A DNA stretch of 64,000 bases from Amoebidium appalachense (lineage: Eukaryota > Protista > Ichthyosporea): NCBI GenBank assembly GCA_963693365.1, contig CAVNZM010000011.1, positions 7,211,921-7,275,920 on the forward strand. The letters run 5' to 3'. Under the pieces are notes generated by a model that had not been told where the DNA came from, ran no database searches, and worked only from the letters and a program-made list of their open reading frames with translations. Made by a program: the position numbers and the translations under genes. Below are positions 1 to 19,561 of the stretch, in pieces (position 1 is the stretch's first letter; each line of letters opens with the position of its first letter).

Positions 1-318
1 CATTCTTCGTGGCCGTGTGAATCCCCAGGGGTCTGTGGCTCATGGGATATAAATAGCACGACTGACTGGCTCAGTCCTTTGCTCAAAGGTGGGGTAAAGG
101 GGTTTTTTCTAGGTCGATTTATATAGCACGTTTCGAGTCAGGCCAAAATGCTGGTTTGATGCGCAATCTGGGCAATGATAAAGCATTAACCTCTTTCGGG
201 TCTGACCCGACCGGATCCTTAAAAAGAAGGCCCCTTAAAATGCGACTGCATTTTTATAGATGGTGTAGACTGTCGTGACTGTGTACAAGCTTGTTTCGTG
301 TGTGTGTATGCATGTGCA

Positions 319-350
<32 letters not shown>

Positions 351-494
351 GTAAGGAATGAGGGCACTAATGAGCCCGAGGACTAGTACTAGTATGCACG
401 TGGGAAAGGGAAGTTGAGGAGGGGATTTAATTGCAATGCCAGGTGTGTGTGTGTGTGTGGCGGTGGTTAAGGTGCGAGTGTGTGCACAAGTGGT

Positions 495-544
<50 letters not shown>

Positions 545-639
545 AGGGGGGGGGGGGGGGGGGGGGGGGGATCACGGACGCGATGGATGTCCAACAATTT
601 GAAGACCGTTTTATTTGCAATCGATCAGAACCATCACAC

Positions 640-676
<37 letters not shown>

Positions 677-1096
677 CCACATGTACACCCACCCATGGCC
701 ACCCTCTTTGAGTTGTCGTTTGTGCGAACCTGGCTTTCTTGGGAATTTCATGTAGCATACACATAACACATAAAGTATCTCAAATCAAACCTCTACATGG
801 GCATTAGTACACACCGAGCAGCAAAAATTCGTCAAACATACATATGTACATGCAGCCAAATGATTGGTTTATGGGCAACCCCCCAGAGCATTCACTGCGA
901 GACTCACATGTACACGAGCCCTACTTTCATACATACACACCAATAAACATTTTTCAAGTAGTCCATATGTGTTATTTCTTTCGTTCCATATTCATCCATG
1001 ACCTTTAACTTTGAGCGAAACAGTGGGTGGGGGCAGGTGCGTGTTCGCAACGATGCGATTGGTGCAGGGACAGCCAATCACGTGCATTTGCTGACG

Positions 1097-7783
<6,687 letters not shown>

Positions 7784-8600
7784 GCTGCTGCAGACGGGTG
7801 GCTGTAATCTGCTAGTTACTAAAATGTTTCGCTGTTGAGTCACACTAATAACGTTTCCTTGGCCAGCCTAGACCATAAATCTGGTCACAAGATTGAATCG
7901 GGCGGCCGTATTGTCTTTCCCCCCCCCACATGCGTGGACTTGTTTTCAAGTTGAATGATAGCTGAAACAAAGAGAATTTTCAGTTTGTCAGAGGGTGGGT
8001 TCAACTGTCCCAAGCCCTTTTTTGCCGCGTTCAAGACTCGAATATACTACCGTTAGTGCATATTTTATTTTGGCGCGAAAACTTGTGTTATTCCTTGCCG
8101 CGCTCAAACCGCAGAACAAATCGAATGCCTCACAACATTACCGTATATGGCTAATACAGGTTTTGGCGCGGATATTCGTGATTGTTGCCTCTCCTCTGCG
8201 ACCTGCCAACCTGCCAAATAAGGAAAAGAAAGACCACTATAAACACACGAATGAGCCGCCCATTTTTTTCAGTAGCATTTTTCTCAATCCAAAATTTTCA
8301 TATAGTGAAAGAATACGAACGAATTGGTTTTCCTGCAGCAGATGTGAGCTCCATGTTTTAGAGCTTGGTGTGACACATTTCTCTATTTTGGACTAATGCA
8401 AACACGAGGAGCCAAAGTAAGATCTGACGTGATAGCTTTTTTTACAGCAACAACAGTCTCGCCTTAGTTACTCACAAAAAGACAGTTAGAGTTAACCAGC
8501 TGTCTTCTTTCTCTTTTGTTTTTCTTTGAGCCATCTTTGGTGCAAACTCTTTGTCCTCACAACCGAGCCCAGTTGCATGACTGATTGTGCAGACGACAAC

Positions 8601-8743
8601 ATGGCCGGGGAGGTGTGGCGTGCACAAGACTGCGTGGCGATGGAAAAGAGAAACGTAGAGGGGGAGCTGGAAGAGAAGAGGTGGGTTCTTGAGTGCAAGC
8701 TTGTCGTTGTTTATCCCTGTTTTATTATTCATACTTACATTAC

Positions 8744-8794
<51 letters not shown>

Positions 8795-9796
8795 ACACAC
8801 CTCCATCCCTTCCCTCCCACCCCCTCATACCCCACTTTTAGTCTCGTTTTTGTTTTTGCCCTTCTTTTTGGGGTGTGCTACGGTGTGTGAGTGTGTTTGT
8901 GTGTTTGTGCGTGTGTGTATATATTTGTGTGCACATGTACGTGCCGTGGGTGTGGAGGATGTGTGTGTTATAACTTTTGCATCTGTAGGGGCAAGCAAAG
9001 GGAACTGGGAAGTGTTGCTCTCGCACACTATGCAAACTCCATCCTGACCCCTTTAGCTTTCCGTTTCTTTAACTTCTTGGATAAAAACGAGGGCAGGCGA
9101 GGGGAGGGGGGAAGGGGGAGGGCGGGGGGGGTGGGGGGGGGGGAGGGGGGGGGGGGGAGGGGGGGGGGGAGGGGGGGGGGGAGGGGGGGGGGGGGGGGAT
9201 CATCGGATGTGGAGGAATTAAACAGAGCGGTGCGGGGAAATGGAAACCACAAGACTATGCTAGGGCTCTGCTCAGATCACGAAAATTGTCTAGGTTGGGC
9301 GCCATTTTGTTCATGGGTTGAGGGATTTGGTGGGCGAAAGTGGGTTTTCTGTGCTTTAATATATTTAATGTGTCTGTCTCCTGGCCCTCCCCGTGTCCTC
9401 CGTATCTCAGTCTTGCACGATGTGCTGTTGTCATATCCAAGCCCCCCCCCCCCCCCCCCCCCCCCCCCCTTCCCCCCCCTCCCCCCCCCCCCCTGCCCCC
9501 CTTCACCCCAGCTCCCCACCTCCACCATCCCTCCTAGTCTTAACCACACATGGACACAAGGCATCAGAGTCTGACGGGGTTTTCGATCCTACTTCCTCTA
9601 CCCCCCCCCCCCCCCCCTCTGTCCGAGCTCCTTTTCAAGTTCCCGAACCCATACACGAACAGACGGCATGCACAATTTATATTACAAAGGTCTATTGATG
9701 CGCATGTTCATTCACGGCATAGGGGGAGGGGTGGTACGCAAGTGTTTTTTTGCGTGATTTTTTTTTTTCTTCTTTTTTAAATTTTGGCGGCAGGGG

Positions 9797-9830
<34 letters not shown>

Positions 9831-11465
9831 TCGTGTGCCACCCAGATGATTCCCGGATGGTTTGGCGTAATCATATGCATCTTTCTTAATATCTCCGACC
9901 ACCGGCCTATGATCTGTACACAGAGCGCAAAATGGTGAGGAGGCAGCACATGCAAGCATAGCCGGTGTGGTCAACTTCTCTCCTGAGGACATAATAGCAC
10001 TCAACGTGGGTGGCCGCCACTTCGAGACCTGTCATCTACACATGGATAACGGCAAGAACTTAGAAGTTGAGTTATACATATGTTTATTAGTTTGTTGTTG
10101 TTCGTTTCCTTTTCCCTTTTTTCCTTTCTTTCTTTCTTTCCCTTTTCCGTGTGCAAAGATATCGTTGATCTGTGTACACACCGAGCCACTTGGCCCACAT
10201 ACATGTGATGTTGTTGGCGTCTTTTACCCCTCTCCAATACTAAATTTACATGGTGCGTACATGTCCGATAATTGTCCAATCAGATCTCGTTTAATTTCCC
10301 CAAATATAGAAACCTACATTCCTCCTTTATTCCACTCGATTCTTTTCCCATTCCATTCCTTTCTATCCTCATTCCTTTTCCTTCTTTTCCCACGACGTAG
10401 AATTGCTCTATGTTCCTCAGCTATTAGGAATACTTATATTTAGACGTGTTTATATTTGGAACATGTATAAATATATGATGTGAACTATCATAAGTTAGAT
10501 ATATAAATGGTTTCATTTAATAGAAAATCTTTCCGTGCTTTCATTAGAAGATTACGATTTATCTTCTATGTGTCGACAGGTATTTCGATTTATTTGCCCT
10601 CATAATTTTCGTTCTTTTGATTGGCTTAGCCTTTATCGGCTCCACATTTTTGTGTATAAAAAGGACTTCATCTTGAAATAAATATGAAGCAGTTGAAAAT
10701 ATTTCAAAGGGCCTCAGAAACCGTTCCACCTCTCCGGTTGTGGTTTTCCCGTGGGTCTGTGTGTTGTGTATATCACTCACACCCATCTGTGCACTCTGCT
10801 TCTCCGTTTACCCACACAAAACAACAAGACCACCCGCTAGACCCTCTGTGCCTACCCGGAGTCCATGCTTGCGGCGTGGTTCTCGGGAAGACATGTCATC
10901 CAATGCGATGAAGAGGGGACTGTTGTGATCAACAGAGATGGAGATTTATTTGAGGATGTACTGGACATGTGCCGCACCCTTCTACCCCCACCTCTGCCTC
11001 TGTCCACCGAGCGCCAGGAGCTACTGCGCGAGGAGTTTGACTACTTTGGGCTGCCGTGGCCTGAGGATTATTGGATGGAGTTGTCGGTGCACCGCATGTT
11101 CAGAGAGGGCTACGAGGCCACGTAGGTACCCCTCCGAGTCAATTGAATTTACTGGTACTGTTCTGGGTGTGTGGGGCTGGGTGGATGAGTGTTGGAATAC
11201 GTCACTACGTAGGACAGCAAGAGTCTTGAAGTATGTATGTGTCTTAGCTTTGTTTGTATTCGTGTCTGCTCTCCTTCTTTGTGCTTTCCCCCTCTCTCCC
11301 TTTTTCTCTTTTCTTTCTCTCTCTCTCTCTCTCCCCCCCCCCCCCCCCCCCCCCCCCCGTCCCCTCCCCCCCCCCCCCCCCCCCCCCCCCCCGTATCTCT
11401 CTCTCTCTCCCTTGTTTCTGTGTGCACAGATATCTGTAGATCTGTGCACACCTGGCTCTCTTGCC
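8601..11465 (+). pseudogene. KCTD-type BTB/POZ (T1) domain gene disrupted by an LTR insertion and stop codons
   Basis: Exon 8601-8680 splices in frame to 9924. Removing insert 10030-10826 and one TSD copy restores IIALNVGGRHFETTR*TLCAYPESMLAAWFSGRH...INRDGDLFEDVLDMCR...LREEFDYFGL, the classic KCTD BTB signature. In-frame TAG at 10838-10840, donor after 11121, and the next exon (from 11430) has another TAG at 11437-11439. Confidence 0.8.
10030..10826 (+). mobile_element. Solo LTR (797 bp) of a Copia-like retrotransposon
   Basis: Starts TG(TCA), ends (ACAA)CA, and is flanked by the 5-bp direct repeat AGACC (10025-10029 and 10827-10831). AT-rich with a TATAAAAAG...AATAAA...CAGTTG block. Its 3' end (CTGTGCACTCTGCT...ACAAAACAACA) resembles the LTR ending at 12305. 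Confidence 0.85.
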
Positions 11466-13680
11466 TGATAGAACTTAATGTATTTTATCTCTATTTATGA
11501 CTCACCAATAGACGCGAGTGAGTACATCTAATTAAGGCATCAATGAATTTTTTGAGGCAAATTTACATTTAATAGGTAAAATTGTATAGCGTTATGCAAG
11601 TTTGTGCATAACGTTATGCACGTTTCAAAAAATTAAAAATGTTATAACTTGGGAAACGTTCAACCAAAATGCACCAAGTTTTCACATTTAGTGTGTTGTT
11701 ATACCCCCTGCACACGTACACTGAGATAACAGCAAAACAGTTTGATCTGCTCAAGCGATCACGAAAAAACATGAAAAAACTTTCAAAAAAAACTTTAGGG
11801 CAAAAATCGGTAAAATCCCTTCTATAGATCGTGTTGTGCATTCCTGTCTATTAATATACGTGTTATGATTGGACACAATAGATATGTATGGCATTCGGTT
11901 TATCGTTATGTGTCTTCACTTTGAGAGTGTCGACTATTAGTTAATATATGTATTTCAGTGAGTTCCTTTATATTATGTGTGTTAATAGTGACAAGATGTA
12001 TAATTACTTAAGTTATTTAAGTAAGAGTTTCTAAGCTTCAATTATGTCGGAAGTTGGAATGCGTATGCTCTGTTGGAATGTGTCTTTCTATCATCTGATA
12101 GAACCGATTGGTTCTCCCCTTTTAGTTGAGATAAGATGATAAGTTGCAAGTACAAAAAGACCCGAGAGCACAATAAAAGGTCAGTTGTTGTTTGAAATCT
12201 TTCATGTGTCGTGAACAACTCCGATTGCCCTCTCTTTATTGTGTTGGTCGTGTTTTACATGACACCTCTGTGCACTCTGCTCCCTTAGACTCGTACAAAA
12301 CAACAGGTTAAAAGGCCCATTTTCGCACGCTCTCGCAACACATTTTCTCGCTGCAATCGAAAATATTCAAATTTGAATACCGATCTGATTCCTCTCCCGC
12401 GCATCATCTGACTGTACGATCAACATGTCGGGGAAGCCCGCGTACCTCAACCTCAACCCCTGGAAAGGGGAGGACACCACGGACAAGAAGTCCGGCAAAC
12501 GTCTCACCTATTATGAGTGGGAACCCGTCATCTTCCGGTACCTACGTACTACCATCGCGGCCAAGTTAGTGCCCGTCATCAAGGCCCCCGAGTAGGTCGA
12601 TCCTTCCGACGAGAACGAGTGGCATGGCTATGACACTGAGGAGGACTACACCGAGGCTTCCAACTTCCTTGAACAGATGTTTACTCAACTCGTCTCCAAT
12701 GATGAGCTGTACAACTCTGGTCAAATCCACGATGATGTGTCACCTGCCCAAGCTTTCCACAACCTCCGTATGACCTATGCGGCTGAACTTGAAGATCGTG
12801 CTCGTCAAATCCTCCTCGACTACCATGAGCTTGAACTCAAGGACTTCAAGACCGTCACGGCTTACCTCACCATGGCACGCCGTCTGTGCACTACCCTGAA
12901 TATCCTCGATGAGCCCATCCCCCACAAGACCATGGTTGACAACTTCTTCATCCACCTAAAGAAGAACCGTAAGCTGGTTTGTTCCGACATCCAGGCCATG
13001 ATTGCCGATTGTTTCCGTCGTCACATCAGCTACGACAGCTACAACCGTCTCATCAGTGACATCCGAGCTGCAGAGATCTGTGAAGGTCTCATCGACTCTG
13101 GGTCCGGGTCTTCCTCCTCCGTCCGTACAGCACGTGCCCTGCAAAGCCGTGTCCTCCCCAAGGACGACCTCCGTCACCGGATCCCCCGATGTGACAGCTC
13201 CGTCTCCCGTCACCCCCGTGGTCGTCCCAACGATAGATCCCCCTCCGTCGACCGTGATTACTTCCGGTCCCGTTCCCCCGGTCCCCGTTCCCGGTCACCC
13301 TACTACCCCCCACGTAAAGGGGGTAACCGTCATCACGGCACCAACCCCGTGCCAAGACCACTGGCTCCCTCTACTGTGCTTACTGCCACGAGAACCATCA
13401 TGTCACACAGTGTGACAAACCTGGCTGCTCCGTTGCCCGTCGTCACCGTGCCAGCACCAAGTCTGGCAAAGAGGTGCAATATTTTGCCCTCGTCTCCACC
13501 ACGGCTTTCCTCCCCATGGACCCCTGCTGGGACTCGGCCTCCAACGTCCATGTGTGCCCCGTCAAGGAGTACTTCTCCACCCTCGAGACGTGCCCCCCGA
13601 CCGACGTCCACGGCCTCGGCATTCAATGTCACTGCTCATCACCGTGGTATCATCAACCTGGCCGTCAACTACCGAGAAAA
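11466..13680 (+). mobile_element. 3'-truncated Ty1/Copia-type LTR retrotransposon (5' LTR, PBS, gag, protease)
   Basis: The LTR ends ...ACAAAACAACA at 12305, followed by GGTTAAAAGGCCCA (12306-12319), similar to the Copia-type GGTTATGGGCCCA primer-binding site. The LTR start is uncertain (TG at 11466 or TGTTGGAA at 12071). The element stops abruptly at an A/C run near 13680 with no integrase, RT or 3' LTR. Confidence 0.75.
12425..13676 (+). pseudogene. Degenerate gag-protease polyprotein of the Copia element
   Basis: ATG 12425 is in frame with ORF 12677, with an internal TAG at 12593. A frameshift near 13340 leads to a zinc knuckle CAYCHENHHVTQC (from 13375) and the Copia aspartic-protease motif CWDSASNVHVCPVKEYFSTLE. 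Confidence 0.8.
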
Positions 13681-13846
13681 AAAACCCCCCACAAATAAGC
13701 ATATACGCACACAGCACACCTACATAGGCGGTCACACACACACACACACACACAAGCACACATAAGACCCCAACACCCCAACACCCCCAAACACACGCGC
13801 ACACACTACCCAACACCTACACATTCAGGTGACACCTACACATGCA

Positions 13847-13945
<99 letters not shown>

Positions 13946-14347
13946 TGGCATGTGCACGTCCATGCGAAAACACGTGTATGTGCACGAACGTAAAATGCGC
14001 AACTTAGAGCCACCCTCCCGGACCCCTCCATCTTCTTCACATGTGCACGTCTTAGACTATACAAAAATGCTTGTACGTGCAACATCTACAGCTCACTTTT
14101 ATGTCGGCGTGCACATGTGGGGATTTTAGGTTGTGAACTTGAATGTGGGTGTGCACTGGTGCGTGTGTATGCAGGTATGGAGTGCAAATGGGTGCATGTG
14201 GACGTGTGCATGTGTGCGGTTGTTTGTGCGTTACGGTGCGTGTGTGTGTGGCTATATGGGCGCGGGTGCGCGCCTGTGTCTGAACGTGTGTGTGTATGGA
14301 ACGGGCACCCCCGTTTGCGTGTGAACAGGTACACACCGGTCGGTGTG

Positions 14348-14405
<58 letters not shown>

Positions 14406-14414
14406 GTGTGTCAC

Positions 14415-14452
<38 letters not shown>

Positions 14453-14694
14453 TGTCACGGTGTGTGTGTGTGTGTGTGGTATAAACCGTGTGCCCGCACG
14501 CATTTGAACACGTCCACATTGTGCTTTTGTGAGTGTGTGTGTATATAGGCGTGTGCATGTGTGCCTTTGTGTGCCTGTGTGTGAACCAGCGTGCATGTGT
14601 GCGTGGGTACATGGGCGCGTGTGTGTGTGCCTGTGTGTTTGTGTGTATGTGTGTGCGTGTGCGTGTGTGTGTGTGTGTGTACGGTGTGTGTGTA

Positions 14695-14725
<31 letters not shown>

Positions 14726-15219
14726 GCGCGCGGGTGCGCGCGCGCACGTGTGTGTGTGTGTGTGTGTATGTTGTAGATGGGGAAGTAGATGACACGGAGT
14801 GGTAATTTAACAATTCTCGGGCTTGTATACCATGTATTTATAGCTAGGTAAATGTATAAAACCGTGTACAGGCAGTGTGAATAGAACCAGTGAGCTTACA
14901 AGGGTGCTCTGCCAACGTTAGTTACACCAAGATGAACGGTGACCTAAGGAGCGCATCACCACACGTTCATTTGCTAAGCGTTGGTCTAGAATGTAAAAAT
15001 ACACACTAGCGGACTTAGTCCCTGCCTTAGGCGTCCCAAGTACTAGCTATATGCGAACTGGTTCGAGCCGGTGTATGGCTATGTGTTATAGTGGACACTG
15101 TGATCAATGGTACACGGTAATCGGTGAAGTGAGGTTTTCGATGGTCAAACAAACCTTATTGTATCCGAAATTCAATAGCGTGGGCTAATCAGCGAATCTG
15201 ATAAGTCATAACTCAATAG

Positions 15220-15575
15220 CGGGGGTACATTCAAGGGATCTTATACGTCTAAATTCGGGCCATTACTAATTGGGTGAGGATAAAACCAACATTCTTGAAT
15301 AACAGATATATCGTGAGGAATTAATATTTAGTAAACCCATAGAAACTCCAGAAATGAGAAAAGGTTGGAAAAACTGAATTTAAGAAGAAATGACTAAAGA
15401 AGTTACATATCTATCTATGGAAGCGGTGCCGGGTGTGTGTGCGCGGTGCCGGGTGTGTGTGCGCGAAGGTGAGAATTCGGTATGGTATTTGGGAATGTGG
15501 TCATGTTGCTGCGGATTGTGATCAAAATGTAGCGAACGAGCGCGATCGGATATTAATAGAGAGGAAAATAGGGAG
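15220..15575 (+). mobile_element. Possible heavily decayed retroelement gag remnant
   Basis: AT-rich frame broken by several TAA/TGA codons, leading to IRYGIWECGHVAADC, which resembles a degenerate CX2CX4HX4C knuckle. Weak evidence. Confidence 0.25.
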
Positions 15576-15628
15576 GGAGAGAGGGAGAGAGAGGGAGGGA
15601 GGGAGGGAGGGAGGGAGGGGGGGGGGGG

Positions 15629-15797
<169 letters not shown>

Positions 15798-16164
15798 CAA
15801 AAGAAACAGAAAAAAGAAAAAGACAAAGAAAAAGAAAAGAAAAAGGAAGAAGAAAAGGAAAAGGAAAAGGAAAAAGAAGAGGAAAAAGATATGTGTGTCT
15901 GCACATGTGGGTGTGTGTGTGTCTGTGAGTTGGGAGTGAGGTGTGTGCATGCATTTGTACGTGTGTTTGGGGGGGGGGGGGGGGGGGGGGGGGGGGCTAC
16001 GTGTTTGTTGTGTGTTTGGGAAGAAAAGTTAGTGTTGATGTAATCGTGATCACATGGAGAACCATGAGCAAGTACGAAATCCATGTCAAAGTATTTAGAC
16101 TATCCAAAGAGAAATATGGGGAGAGAGAAAGCACTGTTAGTGGGAGAGGGTTGTTAGTTGGTGT

Positions 16165-16212
<48 letters not shown>

Positions 16213-16341
16213 CATGCGTGCGTGTGCGTGCGTGTGCGCGCGCATGTATGCGTGTATGTGTGTCGCACGCACGCATTGTTGTGTGTGCATGTAGGTGTGC
16301 ATGCACGCACATAATTGTGACCGTGCCTGATTTTCCCTCAC

Positions 16342-16546
16342 CTACCCAGAGCCATTGTGATGACAATTGCGTTCTCAAAGGCCTTGCGTGTCATGATGTA
16401 CTTGGGGGTGATTGACAGTGATGTTGTTCTCAAGCAGATACTTGATCGCCTCCCTTGTGCACATACACACACGCAGTCGTCAATAAAAAATAAAAATAAA
16501 GGAGGGGGGGGGGGGGGGGGGGGGGGGGGGATTCTGTCTGGGGGAA

Positions 16547-16579
<33 letters not shown>

Positions 16580-16676
16580 GGACGCAAGGAAAAGAACAGA
16601 CGCAGGGGGCTGGGGGAGAAAGGGAAGGAACTGGAATTTAGGTGTGTGGGCCTTAGAGGGATTAAGAAAAAACGGG

Positions 16677-16710
<34 letters not shown>

Positions 16711-16825
16711 CTTGTGTACATTTTGGATTATGAAGAATATGGGGATGCGAATCGGGGAGAGGGGACAGGATAATCGTATTGCTGTGGTGGTGGTGGTGGT
16801 GGTGGTGGTGGTGGTGGTGGTTTTT

Positions 16826-16856
<31 letters not shown>

Positions 16857-17070
16857 GGGAAGGGGGGGGGGGGGGGAAGAGGGGGAGAGGGGGGAGAAAT
16901 GGATGAAAGGGAGTGGAGAAAAGAAAGGGATGGGAATGCGTGGAGACGGAGGTAGACCGGGGGGGGGGGGGGGGGGGGAGGGGGCTGACCTGTACGGACA
17001 CATTCGTCAAGCTTTGCCGGGTCCTCGACAGGGATGGACGAACTGTGGTGTTGGTGTTGGTGTGTGTGTG

Positions 17071-17142
<72 letters not shown>

Positions 17143-17424
17143 TATATTAGCTTTAGGGAACTGGGGTATGTAACAAAGGAGGTGAAGGAAGGTTAGAACA
17201 CCGGCAAGCACTACGCACAAATTTACAGTAGGTCAGGCAATTTATGCAAAAAAAAAAAAAAAAGCTTTCACAGTATGCAGCACGAGGAGAGCCCAGCCAT
17301 ACGCATAAGTTGGTTTCTATTTCCTTTTCTTTTTTATATTTACTTAACCGTTTCTTCCTTCTAAAAGAAAGCAGAAGGGGGGCCAGGGGGTTAGGGAAGG
17401 GGAGGGGGGGGGGGGAGGGAGGGG

Positions 17425-17456
<32 letters not shown>

Positions 17457-17522
17457 TACCTGTATGGCAGGGTCATGCCGAGGGTTTCGATGGCAGTAGC
17501 ATTGGTGTTGGCCGTGTACATG

Positions 17523-17556
<34 letters not shown>

Positions 17557-17574
17557 CACGCGCGAGTGTGTGTG

Positions 17575-17665
<91 letters not shown>

Positions 17666-17915
17666 GTGTGCGCGCGCGCGCACCCGCACGCGTGTGTGTG
17701 TGTCCGAGGGAACAGGTGTGTTGTGGGTGGGGTGTTCTCCGTATATGTGCATGTGCATGTGCATGTGGAGTGGGAAGGGTATGTGTGTGGACCGAGGACT
17801 CAAGGAGGAGGAGGGTGGGAGGGGGGGGGGGGGGGGGGGGGGGGACAATCACACACCCACAACACATGCACACACACAAACACCCTCCCCGTGCATGGAA
17901 CAGGAAAAGCCCCCG

Positions 17916-17950
<35 letters not shown>

Positions 17951-18196
17951 GAGCACATTACAGAATATGAAAAAATATACCTAAATGACCAACATTCTAA
18001 TGCAGCGTGACAGAAAAGAAGACAAAGCCAAAATCTTCAATTATTTATGGATACACCAACTCACCGGCAATGATCTCGCGGGACTGCAGGGAGTAGCGCA
18101 TGCCCGTAGTGGTCATGGAGATACTGTCACTGACACCAATCGTGTTGAACCGGTAGCCAACAAGCCCGGCCTTGGCCACACCCTCCTTGACCTTGA
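16342..18196 (-). pseudogene. ILV3: Dihydroxy-acid dehydratase (IlvD/Ilv3 family) pseudogene fragment, 4 exons
   Basis: Exons 18065-18196 ([42 protein letters not shown]), 17460-17523 (GMYTANTNATAIETLGMTLPY), 16990-17042 (SSSIPVEDPAKLDECVRT) and about 16342-16454 (GEAIKYLLENNI/TPKYIMTRKAFENAIVITMALG). The CDKNMPG region and both termini are missing, the last acceptor reads AA instead of AG, and there is a 10-bp frameshifting insertion. Confidence 0.88.
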
Positions 18197-18601
18197 CTGC
18201 ACGTGTACGTGTGGGTGTATGTTGGTGTGTGTGTAGTGTGTGACGGGAAGGTGGGGGGGTGGGGGAGGGGCGGGGAAGAAGGGGGGAGGGGGGAGGAAGG
18301 AGGGGGGAGGGGGGGGGGGGGGGGGAAGGGGGGGGGGGGGGGGGGGGGGGAGGATGAGTGGGTGGGTAGTTTTTAGTAGGTGTAGGTAGATGGGTGGGAG
18401 GGGTGGATGTGGGTAGGTGGGATGTGTGAGTGGGTGGTTTGGTGGGTGGTTCGGTGTTTTCGGTGTGTGAGTCTAGGTAAGTGATCGTGTTTGTGCACGT
18501 GTGTTGTGTTTTTTTTGGAACTTGTGGATGTGGAACCAACACGGAAATGATATGTCTTCCATTTTTTCTTTTTCTTTTTTTTTCTTTTTATGAGTGTTGG
18601 G

Positions 18602-18651
<50 letters not shown>

Positions 18652-18689
18652 CAGCAACTGTAAGCCGGCAAGCACATACACATGTGTGT

Positions 18690-18871
18690 ATGCACGTACA
18701 CGCACATTCACACACACACAAACACACAAGGACCCACAAATAGATACACACGTACAACAGACACATTCATGTGTACTTTTTCGTGTGTGTGTGTGTGTGG
18801 AATATAGAGTCAACCCGAGCACTTTCGATGGATCCCCCCCTCCCCCCCCCTCTTCCCCGCTCCGAAACAAG

Positions 18872-18902
<31 letters not shown>

Positions 18903-19504
18903 TTCCCCCCGCCGCCGTGCCGAGGGCCCGATTGGCATTTCGTGCACTCCTCCAAACGCCGCCTTTCTTTCAACTTTACAGCCATGCTCGTGTTTGACAT
19001 GCACAAAATAGACCCTCAGCGTTTTCTTAAACACTACAATACAAAACGAAAAACATTGTGCGCACCTTGAGTTCGCTGGATGCAAGCACATAGCTGACCT
19101 TCCATTCTGTCCCCTCAACACGAGGCACTGCAGAGTGTGGGTCAGTTTTATACAGTGAAAAGACTGCAAGAGAAAGGAAAATAAGGGCCGATATGTGTTT
19201 TTTTTTGGGGGGGTGGGGGGAGGGGGGGGAGGGGGAGGGGGGGGAGGAGGGGGAGGGAGAGGACGAAAGGAGAGAGAGAATGTGTGTGTGGGGGGGGAGG
19301 GGGGGGGGGGGGGGGGGGGGGTTGCATTGGGCAGTGGGAATGAAACAAAAAAGCGAACTATGACAGAAGCACCCATAACCCCTGTAGCTTGTTGCTTTAG
19401 CATGCCAGCATCCAATACAAAGAAAAAACAACGAAACTTATCCCAAACCTATGCATAGCCCAGCATGGAACATAAACAAAAGCCCACCAACTACCACCGA
19501 GGGA

Positions 19505-19561
<57 letters not shown>

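Noticed and set aside
10838-12595. UAG reassigned to an amino acid (three in-frame TAGs in the BTB gene and gag)
   Set aside because: DNAJA ends CAQQ-TAG at the expected CaaX terminus and the arrestin model also ends in TAG. No intact gene has an internal TAG, and the affected ORFs carry other lesions.
19500-19560. Exact lengths of very long poly-G/C runs as functional G-quadruplex signals
   Set aside because: Homopolymer lengths are unreliable in assemblies and strand polarity is inconsistent between introns, so no specific claim can be supported.
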